This document shows, piece by piece, positions 26,011 to 35,000 of a stretch of DNA of 64,000 bases (position 1 is the first letter of the stretch; the number at the start of each line of letters is the position of its first letter). The notes below the pieces were generated by a model. The model was not told the DNA's origin, did no database searches, and was given only the letters and a program-made list of their open reading frames with translations. The position numbers were made by a program, and so were the translations under genes. Origin of the DNA: Candidatus Enterousia sp. (GTDB lineage: Bacteria > Pseudomonadota > Alphaproteobacteria > Rs-D84); NCBI GenBank assembly GCA_045648945.1, contig JAZROX010000027.1, positions 8,898 to 72,897 of the forward strand, in the 5' to 3' direction.

Positions 26011-27768
26011 ATGAAAGAATATATTTTACCTTGTCGTGATTTGGTTGTGCATCCGGGAATGACCGTGCCGGCCTATGTGGATAACCCCATATCGATTGCG
26101 TGTGTTGATATTGCCGCGTCTACGCGCCAACGGATAATTATTGCGCCACAACACAGTGCCGCGTATCCCGCCGCGCCCGAAGACATATACGAATATGGCA
26201 CAATTGGCGAAATTGCCCAGGTTCTGCGTATGCCCGACGGAACAATACACACCATCGTTCGTACAACAAATGTTGTGCAAATGAGTGATATTGAAATAAA
26301 CGACGGGGTATTTTCTGCGCGTGTGTTAGAGGTTCCCATGATGAACGATATGGAAGACGAACGCACGGTTCAAATGCGTGAAAAAATTTTTGAAACCATC
26401 CAGGCGATGTCTCTATTCCGTAAATTCAAGGCGGATAAATTGCGCAGCACGATTCAAAGTTACCCGATGCCCGCGTTTATTGATTCTGTCATTCAAACGA
26501 TGGAAATTGATACCGACACGGCCGTCAAAATTTTAACCACGCCATCGTGGTACGATAAAATGGTAATGCTGTTTGAACAGGTGCGGTTGGCGTACGAAAC
26601 GTCCAAGGTTGAAGACAGTATCAATCGCCGCATCAGTATGCAGATGGAACAAGGCCGTCGTGAAGCGATTCTGCAGGAAAAAATGCGCGCAATTCAAAAA
26701 GAAATGGGCGAAGACGACGGCGAAAACGATACCGCCAATATGCGCAAAAAAATCGAAAAATCCGCTATGCCCGCCGATGTTAAAGAAAAGGCCTTGTCCG
26801 AATGGAAGCGTATGCGTAACATGTCGCCGATGTCCAACGAGGGCGGTTTGATAAAAACCTATTTGGACGAATTGTTGGCTATGCCGTGGGGCAAATCGGA
26901 TAAAACACAAATTGATTTAAACACTGCGCGCAAAATATTGGACAGTGAACATTCCGGAATGCGCCCGGTCAAAGAACGTATACTGGAACACATTGCCGTT
27001 ATGAAAAAAACCGGCTCTGCCAAGGGGACCATCCTGTGCTTTGTTGGTGCGCCGGGCGTTGGCAAGACGTCGTTGTGCAAATCTATTGCGGCCGCGTTGG
27101 GACGTAAATATCACCGCATATCATTGGGTGGCGTTTCAGACGAGGCGCATTTCCGTGGTCACCGCAAAACCTATATCGGGTCCCAACCGGGACGTATTAT
27201 GGACGCATTGAAACGCGTCAAGGCAAACAACCCGGTCATTGTTCTGGACGAAATTGATAAAATGGGACGCGATTGGCGTGGCGATCCAGAATCCGCCTTG
27301 TTGGAAGTATTGGACCCAGAACAGAACAAAGCGTTCCGCGACCATTATCTTGAGGTGGATTTTGACCTGTCCAACGTTATGTTTATCGCGACCGCGAACA
27401 GTTTGAATTTGTCGGGCGCATTAAAAGACCGTATGGAAATTATCGAGATTCCGGGTTACAGTGAAGACGACAAAGTACAAATTGCCCGCGAACACTTGAT
27501 TGCGCGTGCGGCGAATGACACTGGGTGGAATCCAGAAAACATTCAAATTTCCGATGACGCAATTCGGCACATAATTCGTAAATATACGGCTGAGGCCGGT
27601 GTGCGGCAACTGCAACGCGAATTAACGGCGATTCTGCGGCGGCGCCTATTGGAAAATGACGGCGAAGATGTGGCAACGGATTTCACAATCGAAAAAATCG
27701 ACGATTTATTATCGCTGCAACAATCGGCCGGATTTTCAAAGCGCATAGGGTTCGGGGTAAGTATCTAG
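26011..27768 (+). CDS. lon: Lon-like AAA+ protein: LON N-domain plus ATPase, lacking the S16 protease domain
   Basis: 585 aa. LPCRDLVVHPGMTVP.., Walker A GAPGVGKTSL, LDEIDKM, ALLEVLDPEQNKAFRDHYLEVDFDLSNVMFIATAN, AGVRQLQREL. It stops at ..RIGFGVSI, where the E. coli Lon peptidase domain would begin. Confidence 0.85.
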   Translation: MKEYILPCRDLVVHPGMTVPAYVDNPISIACVDIAASTRQRIIIAPQHSAAYPAAPEDIYEYGTIGEIAQVLRMPDGTIHTIVRTTNVVQMSDIEINDGVFSARVLEVPMMNDMEDERTVQMREKIFETIQAMSLFRKFKADKLRSTIQSYPMPAFIDSVIQTMEIDTDTAVKILTTPSWYDKMVMLFEQVRLAYETSKVEDSINRRISMQMEQGRREAILQEKMRAIQKEMGEDDGENDTANMRKKIEKSAMPADVKEKALSEWKRMRNMSPMSNEGGLIKTYLDELLAMPWGKSDKTQIDLNTARKILDSEHSGMRPVKERILEHIAVMKKTGSAKGTILCFVGAPGVGKTSLCKSIAAALGRKYHRISLGGVSDEAHFRGHRKTYIGSQPGRIMDALKRVKANNPVIVLDEIDKMGRDWRGDPESALLEVLDPEQNKAFRDHYLEVDFDLSNVMFIATANSLNLSGALKDRMEIIEIPGYSEDDKVQIAREHLIARAANDTGWNPENIQISDDAIRHIIRKYTAEAGVRQLQRELTAILRRRLLENDGEDVATDFTIEKIDDLLSLQQSAGFSKRIGFGVSI

Positions 27769-27778
27769 GGGCAAAAAA

Positions 27779-28186
27779 ATGAATATCTTCAAGGCCATGC
27801 AAATTTGTGGCGACATAAAAAGACTGTATCAAAACAAAGGCGAAGATGATTTCGCATCTTGGAATTACAGCACGTGGTACCAAATTCGCACACCAAATGA
27901 CGGTAAAATCCTGGAATCGCATTATCGCGAAAAATCGCTGTCACCCAATGAATTTGTGCCGGTTAATTTCTGGACCGCACTTATTGGGACCGAAGGGGAT
28001 CATGCGACAATTCCGCAAGAATTTACGGTGACATTTAACAATAATGGGATGCTGCCACACGCGCCAATGGAAAAAGATTATGTTATCCATGGAATTGCCG
28101 CGCGATTGATATATAATCGAATCAAAAAAGAACACTTGGCGGATTGGCATAAAACACTAAAACAACAACGGGAAAAACGCAAATGA
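27779..28186 (+). CDS. Small orphan protein, family A, member 1
   Basis: 135 aa. Its N-terminus M.IF.A..IC.DIK.L and C-terminus AR(L/I).Y.R.KKE are shared with 28257-28658. Confidence 0.6.
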   Translation: MNIFKAMQICGDIKRLYQNKGEDDFASWNYSTWYQIRTPNDGKILESHYREKSLSPNEFVPVNFWTALIGTEGDHATIPQEFTVTFNNNGMLPHAPMEKDYVIHGIAARLIYNRIKKEHLADWHKTLKQQREKRK

Positions 28187-28256
28187 TATTTATTATAAAT
28201 ATAGAAAATTCACCACTTTCAACGAACCGAATTAATTCTTTCATTGGGAGGCTATA

Positions 28257-28658
28257 ATGGAAATTTTTGAGGCAGTAAAAATTTGCAATGATATAAAAAA
28301 ATTACGTCGGAATTCTGGTGTAGAACTGCGTTATGAATGCTGGGAAACACATGATAAGACGTGTTATACTGTGGGTGTTATTGGTTATTATATTTACGGT
28401 ATCAATTTGGAAAAAAAACAGACAACACATAATATCATTATCGCCGAACGTCACGGAATACATTTTTCGGACACCAAGTATGATAGGTTTGGTATTGAAG
28501 AACTGGAACCGGTTAGTTTTACTATGAAAATGAACGACAGCCGCGGTCTGTTAAAACATGGTCTTTATAAAACAACCGAAACTGGATTGCCGGCGCGCAT
28601 TTTATATCATAGACTTAAAAAAGAATATGCCAAGCAACAACGAGGGCGACAAAAATGA
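28257..28658 (+). CDS. Small orphan protein, family A, member 2
   Basis: 133 aa. Paralog of 27779-28186. SD GGGAGG lies upstream. Confidence 0.6.
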   Translation: MEIFEAVKICNDIKKLRRNSGVELRYECWETHDKTCYTVGVIGYYIYGINLEKKQTTHNIIIAERHGIHFSDTKYDRFGIEELEPVSFTMKMNDSRGLLKHGLYKTTETGLPARILYHRLKKEYAKQQRGRQK

Positions 28659-29194
28659 TATTTATTATAAACACTTCGGGGGCGGGATTGGAATTTGTGT
28701 TGGATGGTAATCACAAAGCCGTCACAGTGGAAAAACAGTCGGTCGCCTTGGCCACGGCGGCGGAATCTTTCTTGGCCGAATGTGGCGCAAAGTGGCGCGA
28801 CATAACCGCGATTGGCGTTGTCGTTGGCCCCGGCAGTTTTACCGGAATTCGTATGGGAATCGCATACGCCAAGGGTTTGGCCATGGGGTTGAACATCCCG
28901 ATTGTTGGCATTAATGCGTTCGAATTGTATTTGGCGGATGCGCCCGACGCGTTTGTCGCAATTGATTCGGGACGTGGAGATTTCTTTGTGGCGTCACCAC
29001 AACATGCGCCATGCACAATGACAATTGAAGAATTGGAAACCGAACAGATGAAATGTCCGTGCACGGTTGGCCATAAACCATTTGATTTGAAACGGGGAAT
29101 TGAAATTGTTCGTAAAAAATTAGAGTGCGGCAATTTGGAACCCGTGGTGCCAATGTATCTGCGGCCCAGTTATGCAGAGAAAAAGGATAAATAA
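28655..29194 (+). CDS. tsaB: tRNA threonylcarbamoyladenosine biosynthesis protein TsaB (YeaZ family), short form
   Basis: IGVVVGPGSFTGIRMGIAYAKGLAMGLNIPIVGINAFE is the TsaB signature. Confidence 0.85.
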   Translation: MIFIINTSGAGLEFVLDGNHKAVTVEKQSVALATAAESFLAECGAKWRDITAIGVVVGPGSFTGIRMGIAYAKGLAMGLNIPIVGINAFELYLADAPDAFVAIDSGRGDFFVASPQHAPCTMTIEELETEQMKCPCTVGHKPFDLKRGIEIVRKKLECGNLEPVVPMYLRPSYAEKKDK

Positions 29195-29548
29195 ATGCTT
29201 AAAAAATCGGCAATATCAAAACGGATTAAAATGGAAAAATCATCCAACGTAGCAGATTGGGTGCAATTATATGCAAATAAAATTCGCTATAACAATTTTA
29301 GTTTTGATTTGCCGAATATGGAACGCGCCACCGGAAATTATTACATCATCCGGGTGCCAAATAAATTCTATATCGAAGGCGGTATGATTGTATACGAACG
29401 GTTTGGAAAACATAACGGTGTGTCTTATGTTTTATCCATTTATCAAAACCCCAGCAATACATCCGGCGGATATTATGAAAAAGACACCACGGCCGCAAAA
29501 GATTTATTCGTGTATATGAACACATTATATAAACAAAAGCATCGTTAA
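29195..29548 (+). CDS. Small orphan protein inserted between tsaB and rimI
   Basis: 117-aa ORF starting immediately after the tsaB stop. Its C-terminus AKDLFVYMNTLYKQKHR weakly resembles the family A C-termini. Confidence 0.5.
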   Translation: MLKKSAISKRIKMEKSSNVADWVQLYANKIRYNNFSFDLPNMERATGNYYIIRVPNKFYIEGGMIVYERFGKHNGVSYVLSIYQNPSNTSGGYYEKDTTAAKDLFVYMNTLYKQKHR

Positions 29549-29550
29549 AA

Positions 29551-29937
29551 ATGTTTAATAAAATTGCCGAACTTCATAAAGTATGTTTTCCGCATCGGCC
29601 ATGGGGTGCGGATGAATTTCGCGGGCTTAAACAATCGGGCTGTGAAATCGTCGCAAGTGAAAATGGATTTATTGTTTGGCGCACCGTTGTTGACGAGGCC
29701 GAAATTATAACCATTGGCGTTCATCCGGATGCACGGGGCGCGGGAATTGCAATCGCAATGCTTGGAATTATGGAAAACGAAGCAAAAAAAGCGGGGGCAA
29801 AGAAAATATTTTTAGAGGTGTCCGCGGAAAACGCGCCGGCAATCGCACTGTATAAAAAACAGGGGTTTATCGAAAACGGTCGCCGCCCGAAATATTATGA
29901 CGGTATCGATGCGATTTTGATGGAAAAAGAGATTTAA
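29551..29937 (+). CDS. rimI: Ribosomal-protein-alanine N-acetyltransferase (GNAT)
   Basis: 128 aa. ITIGVHPDARGAGIAIAML...IFLEVSAENAPAIALYKKQGF is a GNAT motif A pattern. The position next to tsaB is the usual one. Confidence 0.8.
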   Translation: MFNKIAELHKVCFPHRPWGADEFRGLKQSGCEIVASENGFIVWRTVVDEAEIITIGVHPDARGAGIAIAMLGIMENEAKKAGAKKIFLEVSAENAPAIALYKKQGFIENGRRPKYYDGIDAILMEKEI

Positions 29938-29951
29938 CAAAAGGCTGAATC

Positions 29952-30281
29952 ATGACAGATCTACAAATTTTTGATAAAATTCGTCCCGTTATTGCGGAAC
30001 ATTTTGGTTTATTGCCACAAAGTATAACGAAAAATACACACCTTACATACGATTTGGGCGCAGATTCTTTGGATATTGCAGAATTATGGATGGAATTTGA
30101 AAAAATGTTTGGGTTCCGAACACCAAGCCAAAATGCCGCCGGTTCCGTTCTTACTCTTTCTGATTATGTGGATCCAGACAATCTTACTGTGGATGTTTGT
30201 ATTAAACATATTCAACAATTTATAAAAAAACATCCAATGGTATTGTGGTTAATGTTTAGTCGTCAAACCAAAAAACGGTAA
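29952..30281 (+). CDS. Acyl-carrier-protein-like protein with a C-terminal extension
   Basis: YDLGADSLDIAELWMEFEKMFG contains the DSL phosphopantetheine attachment motif. Confidence 0.65.
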   Translation: MTDLQIFDKIRPVIAEHFGLLPQSITKNTHLTYDLGADSLDIAELWMEFEKMFGFRTPSQNAAGSVLTLSDYVDPDNLTVDVCIKHIQQFIKKHPMVLWLMFSRQTKKR

Positions 30282-30291
30282 ATACTGTTTT

Positions 30292-31560
30292 TTATTTACC
30301 TACAAATTCCAACACACGCGGGTCAAAGATAACATCACGGGGCGACAAAGGCCTTGCAACATGCATATCGGCCGCGGCACGCGTGCGCGACAGTGCGACA
30401 TAGGTTTGGCCGTGTTCAAATGCACCACGCGAAATATCAACAACCACGGAATCCAATGTTTTACCTTGGGCTTTATGAATGGTCATTGCGTATCCCAATG
30501 CCAACGGGAATTGTTTATATGCGCCGGTTTCATGTTCAACCAATCGATCATTTTCGTCACGAAGATATTCAACCTTTTGCCATTTTTCGGGACGAACAGA
30601 AACGGTATCACGTTCCCGATTTAACAATTGTATAATGATTTCGCGTGCGCCCAATTTTTGCACTACGCCCATAGAACCGTTGTGCCATTTGTCGCCGTTT
30701 TTAACAAAGACGACCAATGCGCCGACCTTTAGTTCCAGATTCATTGGCGCCGGGACATCGCGTTCGGCAAAATTGCCCGACAATTCGCCATTATAGAAAA
30801 CAGAATCCGCGGCAATTTGTCCGAGGCGTTCGGCATTTATACGTTCCGCCACCGCCCGAAATGGTGTTATCAATACCGAATTTGCGCGACGCGCGTCATC
30901 CGCGATTCTGCACGCGTTAAAGAAACCAATTGCGGACGCATCGCCACCGCGCAACGCGTTTAATTTTTCCAATAATTCTGTGTCGTTTTGACGATAAACC
31001 AAATCGAAATTAAACCGAACAAAATCTGCGCGCCGAAAAACATTGCTGTCAAAGAAATACGCGCGCGAATTGCCGTATTCATCTGCATAGTATTTTTGCG
31101 CGTCACGTGTTATAACCGGCGGTAATTGGAACAAATCACCAATCGCGACAACCTGGATTCCGCCAAAGGGTTCATTGTTTTTCCGCGCGCGGCGGCACAG
31201 GATATCCATCGCATCCATCAAATCGGGCGCAATCATTGAAACTTCGTCCAAGACCAATATATCGGTCGCGGTCAAAACATTCCGGACCCGCGCCTTTAAT
31301 TCCAAAAATTCCGGAAAAATAAAATCGCGCGGCAGAATCTGGAACAAAGAATGAATTGTCGCGCCACCGATATTCAACGCCGCCACCGCCGTCGGACACG
31401 CACACACAACCCGCTTGGTCGTTGCAGATTTAAGGTAATTGACAAAGGTCGACTTTCCGGTTCCGGCACTGCCCAGAATCAACACATTGGAATTTGTGCC
31501 TTCGATTGTACGAAAGGCGGCCATTTGTTCGGGGCTTAAAATTGGAACGATTTCAGACAT
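30292..31560 (-). CDS. PIF1/RecD-like superfamily 1 DNA helicase
   Basis: ATG at 31560. Walker A GSAGTGKST, Walker B LVLDEVSM, C-terminal AMTIHKAQGKTLDSVVVD. The ORF-track N-terminal extension runs through the TAGTGG repeat array. Confidence 0.8.
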   Translation of the reverse strand: MSEIVPILSPEQMAAFRTIEGTNSNVLILGSAGTGKSTFVNYLKSATTKRVVCACPTAVAALNIGGATIHSLFQILPRDFIFPEFLELKARVRNVLTATDILVLDEVSMIAPDLMDAMDILCRRARKNNEPFGGIQVVAIGDLFQLPPVITRDAQKYYADEYGNSRAYFFDSNVFRRADFVRFNFDLVYRQNDTELLEKLNALRGGDASAIGFFNACRIADDARRANSVLITPFRAVAERINAERLGQIAADSVFYNGELSGNFAERDVPAPMNLELKVGALVVFVKNGDKWHNGSMGVVQKLGAREIIIQLLNRERDTVSVRPEKWQKVEYLRDENDRLVEHETGAYKQFPLALGYAMTIHKAQGKTLDSVVVDISRGAFEHGQTYVALSRTRAAADMHVARPLSPRDVIFDPRVLEFVGK

Positions 31561-31613
31561 AGCGGCATTTTGGCATAAACGGCCACGGAAATAAAGAGAA
31601 AAGTAACCGGCGT

Positions 31614-31647
31614 TAGTGCTTAGTGTTAGTGGATAGTGGTTAGTGGG
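31614..31647 (+). repeat. TAGTGGN heptamer array (5 units)
   Basis: TAGTGCT TAGTGT TAGTGGA TAGTGGT TAGTGGG, 53 nt upstream of the helicase start codon. Confidence 0.8.
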
Positions 31648-31715
31648 TGTTTTATGAAAATAAGCACCAATTTTTACTTGCAAGTAAAAAAGAAATGTAT
31701 AATAATATTGCCGTT

Positions 31716-31792
31716 GGGTTATTAGCTCAGTTGGTTAGAGCGGAGCGCTCATAACGCTTTGGTCGTGGGTTCGAGTCCTACATAACCCACCA
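31716..31792 (+). tRNA. tRNA with anticodon CAT (elongator Met or lysidine-modified Ile2), CCA encoded
   Basis: Acceptor GGGTTAT/ATAACCC (G1:C72 paired, so not an initiator). Anticodon loop CTCATAA. T-arm GTGGG-TTCGAGT-CCTAC. Confidence 0.85.
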
Positions 31793-31815
31793 TCCGTCTT
31801 TGCCGATGGCAAAGA
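31793..31815 (+). repeat. TCCGTCT hairpin module directly after the tRNA CCA
   Basis: TCCGTCTTTGCC-GAT-GGCAAAG. The same module is at 911 and 18127. Confidence 0.7.
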
Positions 31816-31849
31816 TGTGAAGATTTCTCAATTATAATTGAAAAATCGT

Positions 31850-31880
31850 CCACGCCGCACCCGCGGCGTGGTTTTGTTTT
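31850..31880 (+). terminator. Rho-independent terminator after the tRNA
   Basis: CCACGCCGC-ACCC-GCGGCGTGG followed by TTTTGTTTT. Confidence 0.7.
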
Positions 31881-31916
31881 AGTGGCAAATAAGAAACAGA
31901 CGTATTTGCGTCCGTA

Positions 31917-31946
31917 CTAACCACCAACACTATCCACTTATCACTA
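31917..31946 (-). repeat. Degenerate TAGTGGN array in reverse orientation
   Basis: The plus strand reads CTAACCACCAACACTATCCACTTATCACTA, ending 69 nt upstream of the giant-gene ATG. Confidence 0.65.
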
Positions 31947-32015
31947 ATGAATATTTTTTTCTTGCATTGGTATAGTACTTTTTTCTAAACTGATTACAAA
32001 CGAAAGGGAGAAGAA

Positions 32016-35000
32016 ATGAAAATTCTGCGGATTTTCGGGCTGTTTGCGTTGTTTTTATGTACGGGTTTTGGTTACGCACATGCCGGAGATGAATATTATT
32101 CTTTCACGCTGAATGATAACGGAGGCAGCGGGGGCAGAGTTATTGGTAATAAAACGGACGGCTTACTACACTACGGAGTGGCGTGGGGGTATAATGAGGA
32201 CAGAGGATTCGAAGCGCTTCCGGGGGCTGGTAACACCCCGGTCACCTCGACTAATCCGCCCGTGATTACTGAAGCACCAACAACAACGGTCCCACACGTG
32301 CATTTTTATGGTTATGCACTTGATCAAAATTATACTATTTCAAATACCGAGAACAGAATTATAAATTCTGCCAGACAATTTTTTACAGACCAACGGGCAT
32401 TAACGTCTTTTAGACAGAACAATACCACGCTTTACGCCATATGGGCACCAAATAATTATCAGATACAATTGGATGACAACGGCGACAACATAACAAGAGC
32501 TGGCCAGGTGTATTCAAGTTCTGGGTATTCATTATATAAACGATATGGAACTGATTGTTTTATCGTCGCCCCTACACTCAACACTAATGAGTTAGAGCAA
32601 AATACATGTATTTCTTCAATATATCAAACGCCACAGAGGACCGGTTATACATTTGCGGGATATTGGACGGTTTCACAAGGTACCGGCGGCACAATGATTG
32701 TAAAACCAAATGGTGATTTCGAAACTGGTACAAGCACCACGTTCACCCAGAATTCAACAATATATGCACGGTGGACGCCAAAAGTTTTAACGATCACGTT
32801 GGATAAAAATAATTCGACAAGTGGTGCTACAGATTCCAACCCGACGACCGTATATTTGAAATATAACACCGGGTGGTTCAGTGATGCGACGGCAACAACA
32901 TCCATTTCGCATCTGACCACAAATCCGGAACGTCCGGGGTACACTTTTGGTGGATTTACAAAACGTGCAAACGGCGGGACCCAGGTTATAGACTCATCGG
33001 GTGAATTTTTAACCACAACCGCGGCATTAACGGTATTAAGCGAGAACGGATCCATATACGCACAGTGGACGGGACAAAACACATATACCATTCAATTGCG
33101 GTCAAACGGTGGCGATATTGACTATGCAATATATCACCGAAATGGGAATTTCTATTGCGAGTCGTCGGCAACAACACAGATTCTATCGACTCAAAACATA
33201 TTTGACAGATGTAGTTTTACCAAGCCGTCTTCGGCCGCGGGCGAATTTGACGGGTATTGGTCCGCCACATCGGCCGGATCGCAATACATTGACCGCGAAG
33301 GGAAAATACTGTATAATTCCACCGTCACCGGTGGTATGCGGTGGTATGCCCAATACCAGGCCACATGCGGCAGTTTGATTGCGTTAGAACCGAATGGCGG
33401 AAGTTTTTCCGGAATATGCAGTGGGTTTGCGCCGACACCTGTGCAAAACAACAATGGGGATTGGGTGTTGCAACCACTGGGCAATGGATGTAGACCGACA
33501 CAAAATGGCGTAACATTTGCCGGATATTATTACTATGATGAAAACTCAGGCACCTATACACAATATTATGACGATAGTTTGACCGCGGTTGGCACGTGGC
33601 CGTTTTGCAATGAAGACAAAGTTGTATTGATTGCATTATGGAACCATGGAGGTTGTAATTGTGGAGAATACATACCGGCGGGTTATGTGCAGTGTGTAGA
33701 ATGTCCGATTGGATCGTATTGTTCCGGGGTTATATCGAACCAGGTTCCGTATAACGCCGACCAAGGAATCGAATCTTGCGCCAAACAGTGTGGCGGCAAT
33801 GGATATACATCTGATGCCGGGGCATGTAATATCAACGAATGCTATCAGGCATGTAAAACGGATTGCATGCGGCCAAATGATTTTTGCGCCGTCCCGTCGG
33901 CGGAATGCCAATATACTAATTCTTCGGTTGATGGCAAAGAATATTGTAACACTAACACCGGGTGCCAAATTCCCAACACAAATGCAAGTTGGTGCGAAAT
34001 TTCCAGTTGCCCGGCAAATTCGTACTATGATGACCCGTATTGCAAAGCTTGTAATTCCGGGTTCTCTAACAATGGTGGCATGGGCGGGGCGGACACATGC
34101 GTAAAGGATTGTTCTGTCCAATGCACATGGGATGATAACATGTGTCCAGCCAACGCAACATGCACACACACACAATCCAGTTTAAGTGGAAATGTAAACC
34201 AAACACAAGACCAAGACAAATGTTATTCTGGTGGCAACCAAATTATGCCATTTGCGTGTGAGTTCAGCTTTACGTGTAATGAAGGGTATGAATGGGATTC
34301 GACGACGAACCAATGTGTAATGACACCAACATGTGACACCCAGGTAACACTTAACCCGGACAGCGGCAACGGTGGCAGTTTTGCCAGTAATTGCACATAT
34401 GGCACATCGGCATTAACACTGACACTGAACACGAACGACAATCAATGGTATTTAGGACCGTCGTCATTACCGGCCGGTTGCGCTGCGACGCGTGATGGGT
34501 ATACTTTTGCCGGATATACATATAATAACAATCGGTATTATGCTGATAATTTAAACGTTGTCTCTAACCAACCATGGGACGCATGCAATTTAAATAGTGC
34601 GGTTTTAACGGCGGATTGGACAGCAAAGTGTAACGAGATAACATTTAATGAGAACTATGGAAACAACGGTATTATATCGGGTGTATCGCAACACAAACTA
34701 ACCGCGGATACGGATTGGTATGACGGCACCTGCAAGAGTACCGTGACCGCAAGCGTAACGTCACTGGACACTACCGGACACAGAGTGTTCAAAGGATTCT
34801 ATTTATCATCGAATAATACAGATAATACGGACCAAGTGTTTGATGCCAGTGGTGCCCCTACAAATTATGGTAACAACTGGACGATTAATGCGAATACCGT
34901 GCTGTACGCGCATTGGGATTGCGATACGGGGTATGAATGGGATTCGACGACGAACCAATGTGTAGAACAAGGACCAAAATCAGCATGCGATAGTACAGCG

